Source: Candidatus Brocadiaceae baterium WH-1 (GTDB lineage: Bacteria; Planctomycetota; Brocadiia; Brocadiales; Brocadiaceae). Taken from it: a stretch of DNA of 32,000 nucleotides. The position numbers and the translations under genes were made by a program. Under the pieces are notes generated by a model. That model searched no databases, was not told where the DNA came from, and worked only from the letters and a program-made list of their open reading frames with translations. Location: NCBI GenBank assembly GCA_030583665.1, contig CP129469.1, positions 1,509,043 through 1,541,042 on the forward strand, read 5' to 3'. Below, piece by piece: positions 16,983 through 25,156 of the stretch (position 1 is the stretch's first letter; every line of letters starts with the position of its first letter).

Positions 16983-18443
16983 TTACGTTGAAAAACTTCC
17001 CACGAGTGGTTTTTCGATGGTTACAGAGTTTGATTTGTACCAATCTTTGTAATAATCACCAGAATCATATAATTCTTTTAAATTCTGCAACACCTGTTCG
17101 AACACCTGTTTCCAATCAGAGCCAACCCTGAATGCAAACATGGAATTCCTTGGATTCTTTGTCGTTGCGATAGAATTCTTAAATCGTGACCTTAAATTAT
17201 TTCCGGCATAAATGTGATCATAAACATACTGCATGCCTTCAATAAAATCCTCAAGCGTCATATCAACAAATCTATGGACAACATGCGCAGTATCGTAGTA
17301 TTGCCAGTCAGCCGGATAGTTTTTTCTGAAAATCCTCTTTTCTGAATCCAGCCTTGCATAAAGCTGTGTCTTAGGGAAAGGACAATTAATGCCAAAGGTC
17401 AAAATGTCAATATTGTTTTCCAGCACAAAATCAGTCATTCTTTTAAAAGAATCTTTATCATCACCATCCGCTCCAAACACTACCGATCCCCAGACGACTA
17501 ATCCGGCATTGTGGATCTTTTGTATGCATTCATAGTAACTATCGGTGCCTAATTTAAGATTTACCTTTTTATTCATTTTCTCCAATACCGCTTCATTGGT
17601 CGACTCTATACCAATAAGCATGCCAAAGTTACCACTTTTGGCCATATAATCAAGGGTCTCCGGATCTTGAGAAATATTGAGGGCGGTAAACCCTAACCAA
17701 TCTTTATGTATGCCACGTTCCACCATGCCTTTAAAAAGATTTCGTGCCCTTTCGTTTGATTTTTTGCCATGTCCGTAAAAATTATCCTCTGCAAGCATTA
17801 ATCCTTTATAGTCCGTTGCCTCCATTTCTTCGATCACATCTTCGTAAGGCCTTTCCCTGAATTTTCTTCCCTGGAATGTAGGTACACTGCAAAAATCGCA
17901 ATAATTAGGGCACCCTTTCGTGGTTATAATAGAAGAAAATTTATAATTGTATTTTCTTTTCATAAGCTCTCTGTCAGGATATACCCGTTTCAGCAGACTC
18001 AGCGGAGGTAAACCTCCCTGGTATACCTTTTTTAATTTTCCTTCTTCAAAATCCTTTATAACCTGCGGCCATAGTTCTTCTGCTTCCCCTATAAAGACAG
18101 CATCAGCATATTGTGCTGCTTCTTCAGGCATAACAGAGGCATGTATCCCACCCATAATTACCGTCATACCTCTTTTCCTGCAAGCTTCTGCAATCATATA
18201 AGCCCTTGGAGATTGATAAGTTACTGCGGTAATACATACAAGGTCTACGGGTTTGAAGGTAAGTTCACCGTGATCATCTATCGCCAGTTCAATATTCTCG
18301 TCAATTACATCAAATTCCCAGTCACCTGGCGTAAGAGCAGCTATATAGGCAAGGTTTAAAGGCATTTGTACAATTACGGTAATGCTTTCCTCGCCGCACC
18401 TGCCTGGTGTATGTGGATTAATCAACATCATTTTTTTCGTCAT
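16983..18443 (-). CDS. B12-binding-domain radical SAM enzyme (class B)
   Basis: CxxxCxxC cluster motif TKGCPNYCDFCSVP. N-terminal Rossmann-like cobalamin-binding domain (VDLVCITAVTYQSPRAYMIAEACRKRGMTVIMGGIHAS). I moved the start to the ATG at 18443 (MTKKMMLINP): a GGAGG SD lies 9 nt upstream and ATGA overlaps the upstream stop. The ORF-track TTG at 18458 is less likely. Confidence 0.88.
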   Translation of the reverse strand: MTKKMMLINPHTPGRCGEESITVIVQMPLNLAYIAALTPGDWEFDVIDENIELAIDDHGELTFKPVDLVCITAVTYQSPRAYMIAEACRKRGMTVIMGGIHASVMPEEAAQYADAVFIGEAEELWPQVIKDFEEGKLKKVYQGGLPPLSLLKRVYPDRELMKRKYNYKFSSIITTKGCPNYCDFCSVPTFQGRKFRERPYEDVIEEMEATDYKGLMLAEDNFYGHGKKSNERARNLFKGMVERGIHKDWLGFTALNISQDPETLDYMAKSGNFGMLIGIESTNEAVLEKMNKKVNLKLGTDSYYECIQKIHNAGLVVWGSVVFGADGDDKDSFKRMTDFVLENNIDILTFGINCPFPKTQLYARLDSEKRIFRKNYPADWQYYDTAHVVHRFVDMTLEDFIEGMQYVYDHIYAGNNLRSRFKNSIATTKNPRNSMFAFRVGSDWKQVFEQVLQNLKELYDSGDYYKDWYKSNSVTIEKPLVGSFST

Positions 18444-19903
18444 AATATTAGCCTCCAATTCTTCATAATTAAATTAGCAGCACTCCAGCCTGAAGAGACC
18501 ACAGCAGCAATTCCAGGACCTGGCCTTGTCCAATGCCCAGCTAAATATAAATTCTCAATTGTTGTCTCATGCGGCGGCCTGTTATTCCACATTTGATTTA
18601 CTGTAACCTCCCAACCATAAGCAGCACCATTCGTATTTGATGTGTAACGCTCCAGGGTCTTTGGGGTAGCGGCTTCTTTTACTTCAATATACTCTTTCAG
18701 ACGGGGAACATATTTTTCTAATTGATTGATGGTATGGTCAGTCATGTGTTCTTTGAAAGCATGCCAGTTGGTGATGCCATGGTAAACGTCTTCGTTTACA
18801 GAAACAACTACAGAAACAATCTGTTTACCGGGAGGCGCAAGTTCAGGACATATCATCGTTGGAACGGAGATGTACATCCACTCTCCATCTGAAAATCCCC
18901 AATCAGAGGTTTTATGATAAAACCCTCTCTTTAATCTGCAAATATCTGCATCTCCTTTTAAGCCCAAATATAAAAGAAAAAAAGAACAACTACATTTCAT
19001 CGTCTGAATCTTTTGAAGAAACAATAGGTCTCCCTTGGCATCCAACAGTTCCAGAAAAGTTCTTCGTACGTCAATTGCTGAAACTACTAAATCAGACGAT
19101 ATCTCTTTACCATTTTTGAGGATAACGCCTTTCACCGCATTATTTTTTAATGGGATTTTTACCGCCTCGGATGATAACATAACGTGTCCATTAAAATCAA
19201 TAAATTTCTTAAAAATTGCATTGGCAAATGCTTGTGTGCCACCTGCCGGAAAATAGGCGCCGTCCTTGAGATAATTAACCATCATTTGGCACATAGCAAT
19301 GGCAGAGGCATTAGCAGGGGGGAGGCCTATATAACCCCATTGCCCGGAAAGTACTGTTTTGAGTTCTTCGTTGCTGAAAAAAGCATCAAGCATTTCACCA
19401 TAGGTTTGATTTTTATAGATATTGATAATTTGACTGTTTTCACTATTAAACGTGGCACGGTAAAGTCTTACAAAATCGTGAAAAAATTTCTTCATGGCAT
19501 GTTTTTCTGCCGGATAACGATCCTGTAAGCGGGCGATGTATTCGTCAAGATTAGCGGGGATCTCAATACTGAAACCAGGATAGATAAGGTTGTCCATCGG
19601 GTCAAGCAGATGGAAATCCATTTCAATCCCAAGCAGCTTAAAACAGCGGCCAACAATACTCCATTTTCCGCATCCCCCGATATGGTGAACCGCTGCATCA
19701 AAATAGAAACCTTTTCTTTTAAATGAAGTGCAGTAACCTCCGGGAATAGAATGTTGTTCAACAATAAGCACTCTTTTGCCACTTTGGGCAAGTAATGCAC
19801 CACAAACGAGGCCTGCTATACCTGCGCCAATTACAATTACATCATAAGAGGGATACAACAAATCATTCTTTGTTGATTGAATGAGCCTGTGGGAATGAAC
19901 CAT
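18440..19903 (-). CDS. Phytoene-desaturase (CrtI/CrtD)-family FAD-dependent oxidoreductase
   Basis: 487 aa. Dinucleotide fold YDVIVIGAGIAGLVCGALLAQSGKRVLIVEQHSIPGG. C-terminal LYLAGHWTRPGPGIAAVVSSG is typical of the CrtI family. Starts 3 nt after the KS-like stop. Confidence 0.82.
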   Translation of the reverse strand: MVHSHRLIQSTKNDLLYPSYDVIVIGAGIAGLVCGALLAQSGKRVLIVEQHSIPGGYCTSFKRKGFYFDAAVHHIGGCGKWSIVGRCFKLLGIEMDFHLLDPMDNLIYPGFSIEIPANLDEYIARLQDRYPAEKHAMKKFFHDFVRLYRATFNSENSQIINIYKNQTYGEMLDAFFSNEELKTVLSGQWGYIGLPPANASAIAMCQMMVNYLKDGAYFPAGGTQAFANAIFKKFIDFNGHVMLSSEAVKIPLKNNAVKGVILKNGKEISSDLVVSAIDVRRTFLELLDAKGDLLFLQKIQTMKCSCSFFLLYLGLKGDADICRLKRGFYHKTSDWGFSDGEWMYISVPTMICPELAPPGKQIVSVVVSVNEDVYHGITNWHAFKEHMTDHTINQLEKYVPRLKEYIEVKEAATPKTLERYTSNTNGAAYGWEVTVNQMWNNRPPHETTIENLYLAGHWTRPGPGIAAVVSSGWSAANLIMKNWRLIL

Positions 19904-19906
19904 GTG

Positions 19907-21148
19907 TTACTGTTTATATTTGGAGATAATCAAGGAAGAGTTATTACCTAATCTGGTGAAGGAATTTATCAACACATTTTTGACAGGTAAGGAAGTTTTT
20001 TCCGTTACAAAAGGCAAATCACATTTTTCATCATGCTCCTTATAGTTGATTATAGGTGGAACTGTATGTGTGTTGAGAGACATAACTGCTGCTATGGTTT
20101 GTAATGCGCCTGATGCATCAAGACATTCTCCTGTTGCAGACTTAATGGCAGTTACAGGAATTAGCTTTGCACGCATACCAAAAACCTCTTTAATAACCAT
20201 GGTTTCCATAGCATCGCCATATACACCGGAATACGCATTGGCAGAGATATACGAAATATCATGCAATGTCAGACCAGCATCTTCAATGGCTTCCAAGATC
20301 GACCTTTTGTTACCACCTATCTGATAGTCCTTTCTTATTGCCATTTCAGGATCAAAGGCAGTTCCGTAACCTTTTACTTCAGCATAGATATGTGCATTTC
20401 TCTTGAGTGCATCGTCCAGGGTTTCAAGAATAACCAACGCCGAAGCCTCACCTATAATTAGCCCATTGCGTCTTTTGTCAAAAGGGGCGCAAATTTCCAG
20501 TGTTCCATCTCTGCTTCCAGCCAGTATTTTAGCGTTATGTGAACCCCAGAAAATATCATGGGTCAATCCATGCACTCCACCTGCTACCACTGCCTTTACA
20601 CGTCCCATACGAAGGAAATCAGAAGCATAAATAATAGCATCGATACTGCTTGTGACACCATTTGATATGGTGGTATTAAGCCCGGTTGCCTTACAAAAAA
20701 TAGATGCACGGCTCGCCGGTGCATTTAATACGGTATTGGGAAAATCCATAGGGTTAACATAATTAGGTCCTTCACGAAGTGACTGGAAATCAAATGAACT
20801 GATGCTGTCTATGCTGCCATAAGTAGAACCGACAACTATACCTAATTCGTCTCCGCTATATATCGTATTGTCCAGATTGGCATCTTTCATAGCAAGGATT
20901 GTAGCGGATGATACGAGAAGGGAGGTTCTGTCGATATGCCGGATCCCTTTTGATCCAAGATAAACTTTAGCATCAAAATCTGAGATTTCCCCAGCCTGTT
21001 TGCAACGAAATTTACTCACATCAAATAAGGTAACAGGCTTTATACCTAAGACACCATCAGTTAAATTCTTCCAATAACTATCCTTGCCTGTTCCAATAGG
21101 CGAGATAACGGAAACACCCGTAATTACAATCCTTTTTCTTTCCATCAT
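19907..21148 (-). CDS. Beta-ketoacyl synthase homologue lacking the Cys-His-His catalytic triad (chain-length-factor-like / KS-beta-like)
   Basis: Full-length thiolase-fold KS that aligns with the adjacent FabF. TACAAG becomes NGVTSS (no Cys), YISAHGTGT becomes YISANAYSG (His to Asn), and IKSMIGHT becomes IKSATGEC (His to Glu). I prefer the start at ATGATG 21148 (MMERKRIVITGV, GAGG SD) over the ORF-track 21199, which has no SD. Confidence 0.8.
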   Translation of the reverse strand: MMERKRIVITGVSVISPIGTGKDSYWKNLTDGVLGIKPVTLFDVSKFRCKQAGEISDFDAKVYLGSKGIRHIDRTSLLVSSATILAMKDANLDNTIYSGDELGIVVGSTYGSIDSISSFDFQSLREGPNYVNPMDFPNTVLNAPASRASIFCKATGLNTTISNGVTSSIDAIIYASDFLRMGRVKAVVAGGVHGLTHDIFWGSHNAKILAGSRDGTLEICAPFDKRRNGLIIGEASALVILETLDDALKRNAHIYAEVKGYGTAFDPEMAIRKDYQIGGNKRSILEAIEDAGLTLHDISYISANAYSGVYGDAMETMVIKEVFGMRAKLIPVTAIKSATGECLDASGALQTIAAVMSLNTHTVPPIINYKEHDEKCDLPFVTEKTSLPVKNVLINSFTRLGNNSSLIISKYKQ

Positions 21149-21225
21149 TAACCTCAGACAGAAGGTGTAAAAAACACCCTTAATACCATTTTTATTCAAA
21201 ACTGGTCATAAATATTATAACAGAC

Positions 21226-22446
21226 TTACTCCGTAAATTTCTTAACGACCAGACAGCTATTATTTCCACCAAACGCATGAGCGTTATTGAGTGCAACAAC
21301 CACTCCTTGTCTTCTCATAACATTGGGTACATAATCCAGGTCACATTCCGGATCGGGCGTTTCGTAATTTATGGTAGGAGGAATAATTGCATTCTGGATA
21401 GCCAAAGCACAAGTAATAGCTTCAATAGCACTTGCGGCTCCCATTGTATGGCCAATCATGGATTTTATTGAGCTGATTGCCAGATGTGCAGGTTTTTCTC
21501 CAAACACCTTTTTGATAGAGATCGTCTCTGCTTTATCATTGGCAGGCGTTCCTGTACCATGAGCACTGATATACTGAACATCCTCAGGCTTTAGATTTGC
21601 GCTCTTAAGGGCCTTTTTCATTGCCGAAACCACACCTTCGCCGTCAGGATGGGGAATGGTAATATGATAGGCATCGCAGCTAAGGCCGTAACCAATAATC
21701 TCAGCATAGATATGTGCGTTCCTCTGTAATGCATGATCAAGTGATTCCAAAAGGAGAATTCCGGCACCTTCACCAACCATCATACCTTTTCTGTTTTTAT
21801 CAAACGGCTGACATATCTCCGGGGCAATAGCACCTAACCTTGCGAATCCTGTATATGCTACTTTCGAGAAAGGATCAGATCCCCCGGCAACCATCAGATC
21901 GACCCTTCCGAATTTAATTAAATCAAAGGCATAGCCTATCGCATAGTTCCCGGCTGCGCATGCGGTTGGAATAATTGTATTTGGTCCTTTAAATCCAAAT
22001 TCAATTGCGATGTTAGCAGGGATATTATTGCAGGGATGCATCAGAAAAAGATACGGATCAACCTTATCTTCACCCTCTTTGTGTCTGATGTAATTAACTT
22101 TTTCAAGAATCTGTATTTCTCCGGCAGTTGTCCCTACAGAAACCCCTATTCTTTCTAAATCAATTTTTTCCAGGTCAAGCTTTCCATCGTCAATGGCAAG
22201 TTTTGTAGCTGCTATTCCAAATTGTGATCCTTTACCAATTTGTTTGAGAACACCGTTCTTTCTATAATCATTGTAGTTGAAATTCTTAACCTCGCATCCT
22301 TTATGAACCTTATATTCTGAGGTATCAATGCACGTAACAATATCAACGCCGGATACGCCTGAAATGAGGGCGTTCCAGAAGGTGTCTTTCCCTGATCCTA
22401 TAGGGGTAATCATCCCTACGCCTGTTATAACAACGCGTTTATTCAT
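21226..22446 (-). CDS. fabF: Beta-ketoacyl-ACP synthase II, catalytically intact
   Basis: 406 aa. Active-site Cys in [14 protein letters not shown]. His in [15 protein letters not shown] and [16 protein letters not shown]-terminal [18 protein letters not shown]. Confidence 0.9.
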   Translation of the reverse strand: MNKRVVITGVGMITPIGSGKDTFWNALISGVSGVDIVTCIDTSEYKVHKGCEVKNFNYNDYRKNGVLKQIGKGSQFGIAATKLAIDDGKLDLEKIDLERIGVSVGTTAGEIQILEKVNYIRHKEGEDKVDPYLFLMHPCNNIPANIAIEFGFKGPNTIIPTACAAGNYAIGYAFDLIKFGRVDLMVAGGSDPFSKVAYTGFARLGAIAPEICQPFDKNRKGMMVGEGAGILLLESLDHALQRNAHIYAEIIGYGLSCDAYHITIPHPDGEGVVSAMKKALKSANLKPEDVQYISAHGTGTPANDKAETISIKKVFGEKPAHLAISSIKSMIGHTMGAASAIEAITCALAIQNAIIPPTINYETPDPECDLDYVPNVMRRQGVVVALNNAHAFGGNNSCLVVKKFTE

Positions 22447-22483
22447 ACTACAAGTTAGTTCCTCAAAGTCTTCTTTAAAAAAA

Positions 22484-22540
22484 GGGGGTTCAGGGGGTTG
22501 TTGTAAAGCCGTTTAAATAAAATGAAAGTTCCTATACAAT
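22484..22540 (+). repeat. 57-nt repeat element, copy 2 (in the fabZ-fabF intergenic gap)
   Basis: GGGGGTTCAGGGGGTTGTTGTAAAGCCGTTTAAATAAAATGAAAGTTCCTATACAAT. About 88 percent identical to 10520-10576, in the same plus orientation, which is antisense to the operon. Confidence 0.75.
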
Positions 22541-22548
22541 ATAAATGA

Positions 22549-22998
22549 TTATATTAGTGTGCTTTTCTCCGCGATTCCAAATGTTAAAGTAGCTTTGGCT
22601 GCGGATTTTTCATCAACCTTTACTATTGCCTGTACGATAGCTCCCTTGGATACAATCTTTTCAACCGTTATTTCTATGTGAAGCCGATCGCCGGGAAAAA
22701 CGGGCTTTGTAAAGCGTGCGTTACCAATCGATGCCAGCAAGAAAACCGTATCGTTGCCGTTTTGCACGGCAAGGCTTTTCTTAAATAGGATAATGGATGC
22801 CTGGGCCATCGCTTCAATGATCAACACCCCAGGCATGATAGCAAAATCAGGAAAATGCCCGACAAAAACCGGTTCATTGCATGAAACGTTTTTTATACAA
22901 ATAATTCTTTTCCCTTCTTCATACTCCACGACTTTATCAATAAATATAAAGGGATATTTTTGCGGAAGTAGGGACCTGATTTCCTCAAAATGTATCAT
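22549..22998 (-). CDS. fabZ: 3-hydroxyacyl-ACP dehydratase FabZ
   Basis: 149 aa. LPQKYPFIFIDKV, catalytic GHFPDFAIMPGVLIIEAMAQ, hotdog fold. Confidence 0.9.
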   Translation of the reverse strand: MIHFEEIRSLLPQKYPFIFIDKVVEYEEGKRIICIKNVSCNEPVFVGHFPDFAIMPGVLIIEAMAQASIILFKKSLAVQNGNDTVFLLASIGNARFTKPVFPGDRLHIEITVEKIVSKGAIVQAIVKVDEKSAAKATLTFGIAEKSTLI

Positions 22999-23058
22999 CT
23001 CGGTAAACCTTTTTCTTTTTGCAGCATTCGAGTATTGTAAATCCTGCGGGTTGTATAG

Positions 23059-23086
23059 ATTGTAAGATCCGGATAAAACCTGTCAA
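23059..23086 (-). promoter_or_regulatory. Possible internal sigma70-type promoter between ACP and fabZ
   Basis: The minus strand reads TTGACA (23086-23081, abutting the ACP TGA), a 16-nt spacer, then TACAAT (23064-23059). Consensus match only. Confidence 0.3.
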
Positions 23087-23356
23087 TCAAGATGTTAATT
23101 TCCCGTTTTCTGCCAAAACAGATTTTGTCAGATCAATAGTAGCACTTAATGATGTAATATCAACAAGCTTTTCTTCAGGTATCTGCACCTTAAACTTCTT
23201 TTCAATAAGCGCAAGTATCTCAAGAGCTAAAAGGGAATCGATTTCAAGATCCTTAAAGAAATTAGCATCCCTTTTATTCCAGATTTCATTCTCGTCCAAC
23301 TCTGTAACCTCTGCAACAATTGCGGTTACACCTTTTTCAATCTCTTCAGCGTTCAA
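23087..23356 (-). CDS. Dedicated acyl carrier protein
   Basis: 89 aa. Phosphopantetheine site DLEIDSLLALE, preceded by NFFK. TTG start supported by a strong SD (AAGGAGG, 6-nt spacer). About 10 residues longer at the C-terminus than typical AcpP. Confidence 0.85.
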   Translation of the reverse strand: MNAEEIEKGVTAIVAEVTELDENEIWNKRDANFFKDLEIDSLLALEILALIEKKFKVQIPEEKLVDITSLSATIDLTKSVLAENGKLTS

Positions 23357-23435
23357 AATATTCCTCCTTTTGTAATAATACCCGAACAGATTATATGTAT
23401 TTCATCCAGACTGCAATTGAAAATAGGAATGAAAC

Positions 23436-23464
23436 ATGTTAGCAGACACAATTTACATTGTCAA
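23436..23464 (-). promoter_or_regulatory. Sigma70-type promoter (extended -10) for the ACP-led operon
   Basis: The minus strand reads TTGACA (23464-23459), a 17-nt spacer, then TGcTAACAT (-10 at 23441-23436), about 80 nt upstream of the ACP start. Confidence 0.5.
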
Positions 23465-23624
23465 TAATAATATTTATACAGAAAAAATATATAGAAAAAA
23501 CACGACGAACACAAGGAAATAAAACCAAATGAATAATCCTACTATTTTCAAAGAAAATCTACAACGTCTGATAATATATATTATGTTACAATTACAATGA
23601 ATTTTTCCTTTGTGTCATTTTTTG

Positions 23625-24251
23625 TCATGAATTTTGTCGTTTTGCCCGCTTTAAAACCTTGCCTTCTCCTTTTTGTTCATGTTTTCTTGCCTTGTTAAGT
23701 TCTTTTAATGCTCTGTATACCTGATCCTCCAGCATGGTTTCGTACTGACATAATTCTTCCAGCTTATTTTTTATTTCAACTACCTTCCTGGATTTCAAAT
23801 ACGTTATTTCTTTTTCAGTCCTTTTTCTCACTCTAAAAAACCCTTGTTCATATTCTGAAACATCAAATGTTGCATATTCCATAATCTGGCTTTCAATTCT
23901 TAAGCACCTTTTCAACCGCCATATACCGGAGACAATACGGTCTACCATAATTAATTCAATCAGGTTGGAAGGTTTCAGTTCTTTCACAAATTTGTTTCTG
24001 ATTTCTTCAAGGTGCTCTTTGCTTTCACCTTCTATTACAATTTCATTACTAAGGATAAATTGCCCTGCATTGTATTCTTCTTTTGAACTTGTTAATTCAG
24101 GTGATATCCTGTTCTCTGTATTCGCTGTCTTTTCGTGTTCCGGTATCCTGTGTTGTTCAATTATGGTATTCATTATTTTGTCAATCTTTTCTTTACTTAC
24201 ATCGTCAGGGTTTTTTCCGCGTAACACACCTTCTTTCAAAATTGCAGACAT
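23625..24251 (-). CDS. Hypothetical coiled-coil protein
   Basis: The ORF-track frame is 228 aa. I prefer the ATG at 24251 (MSAILKEG, 208 aa) because AAGGAGG lies 7 nt upstream. Charged, helical C-terminal half. No motif I can assign. Confidence 0.5.
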   Translation of the reverse strand: MSAILKEGVLRGKNPDDVSKEKIDKIMNTIIEQHRIPEHEKTANTENRISPELTSSKEEYNAGQFILSNEIVIEGESKEHLEEIRNKFVKELKPSNLIELIMVDRIVSGIWRLKRCLRIESQIMEYATFDVSEYEQGFFRVRKRTEKEITYLKSRKVVEIKNKLEELCQYETMLEDQVYRALKELNKARKHEQKGEGKVLKRAKRQNS

Positions 24252-24507
24252 TTGCCCCCTCCTTTCTGCGATAGAATTGTGCAGGACTATTTTACACTCT
24301 TGCCGATGCATCCGAATTATGATACTTGCACATAATATCCTATAAAATAAGACGATTCAATAAATTATTTTATTAACAATAAAATACTTAAAAACTTTAA
24401 AACAATTGAAATAAACTGTTATAATGATATCTGAACAGGTATTAAAAAACGAACATATATTGTGAAACAAAACTGAAGCGATCCTGAATACTAAGAGGCA
24501 ATTTGCG

Positions 24508-25152
24508 GTGAGAATTACTGAAATATTCAAAAGCATACAAGGAGAAACATCATACTCAGGGAAACCCTGTACCTTCATACGTATTACAGGTTGTAACCTG
24601 CGATGTACCTATTGTGATACTTCCTACGCCTATGAGGAGGGATGTGAACTCTCTGTAAATTCCATCCTTGAAGATGTTGATCGTTTCGGGACAAAATTAA
24701 TTTGTATAACCGGCGGAGAACCTTTATCAAATGCGGACACACTATTCTTAATAAAAGAGTTGCTGAAAAAAAACTATACGGTACTCGTTGAGACAAACGG
24801 AAGTTACGATATTCGTATTCTACCTCCCGATGTTATAAAGATTATGGATATTAAGTGTCCGGGTAGCAATATGAGCCATTTCATGCATTGGCCAAATGTC
24901 AAACATCTTAAACGCCTTGATGAGGTTAAGTTTGTCTTAACATCAAGGAAAGACTATGACTGGGCAAAGGAGGTAATACAAAAATACCGTTTATCCAGAG
25001 TGACGAATGTATTAATCGGTACAGCCTGCCCTTCTGTTAATTCTGTTAATCCGGCATCCGTGGTTCAATGGATTCTCGAAGATAATCTTGACGTGAGATT
25101 TCAGTTACAAATACATAAACACATATGGGATCCGGAAACGAGAGGTGTTTAA
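24508..25152 (+). CDS. queE: 7-carboxy-7-deazaguanine synthase (radical SAM)
   Basis: 214 aa with a GTG start and AAGAGG SD. EIFKSIQGETSYSGKPCTFIRITGCNLRCTYCDT is the QueE signature with CxxxCxxC. Adjacent to queC. Confidence 0.9.
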   Translation: MRITEIFKSIQGETSYSGKPCTFIRITGCNLRCTYCDTSYAYEEGCELSVNSILEDVDRFGTKLICITGGEPLSNADTLFLIKELLKKNYTVLVETNGSYDIRILPPDVIKIMDIKCPGSNMSHFMHWPNVKHLKRLDEVKFVLTSRKDYDWAKEVIQKYRLSRVTNVLIGTACPSVNSVNPASVVQWILEDNLDVRFQLQIHKHIWDPETRGV

Positions 25153-25156
25153 TTTT

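Noticed and set aside
21149-21199. N-terminal extensions given by the ORF track (KS-like from 21199, radical SAM from TTG 18458, queC from GTG 25145, hypothetical from 24311)
   Set aside because: The internal ATG codons at 21148, 18443, 25157 and 24251 have good SD sequences at proper spacing and/or ATGA coupling, and they give N-termini matching family norms. The upstream starts lack an SD. This remains a judgement call without proteomic data.
22521-22540. Resemblance of GAAAGTTCCTATAC to an FLP/FRT half-site (GAAGTTCCTATAC)
   Set aside because: There is a one-base insertion relative to FRT, no inverted partner arm with an 8-bp spacer, and no recombinase gene nearby. The motif is the conserved end of a local repeat family (also at 10123, 10314, 10562).
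23019-23375. 118-aa plus-strand ORF antisense to the ACP gene (similar antisense ORFs at 13071-13487, 2236-2625, 19184-19528, 31022-31492)
   Set aside because: These are shadow ORFs opposite strongly supported genes. They are Ser/Leu/Ile/Phe-rich, with no SD and no motifs.
24430-24507. Possible preQ1 riboswitch in the queE leader (A-rich tract plus ACTAAGAGG near the SD)
   Set aside because: I could not find the required P1 hairpin or the conserved preQ1-I/II core. The similarity is limited to an A-rich run followed by the SD. A covariance-model scan would be needed, and I expect it to be negative.
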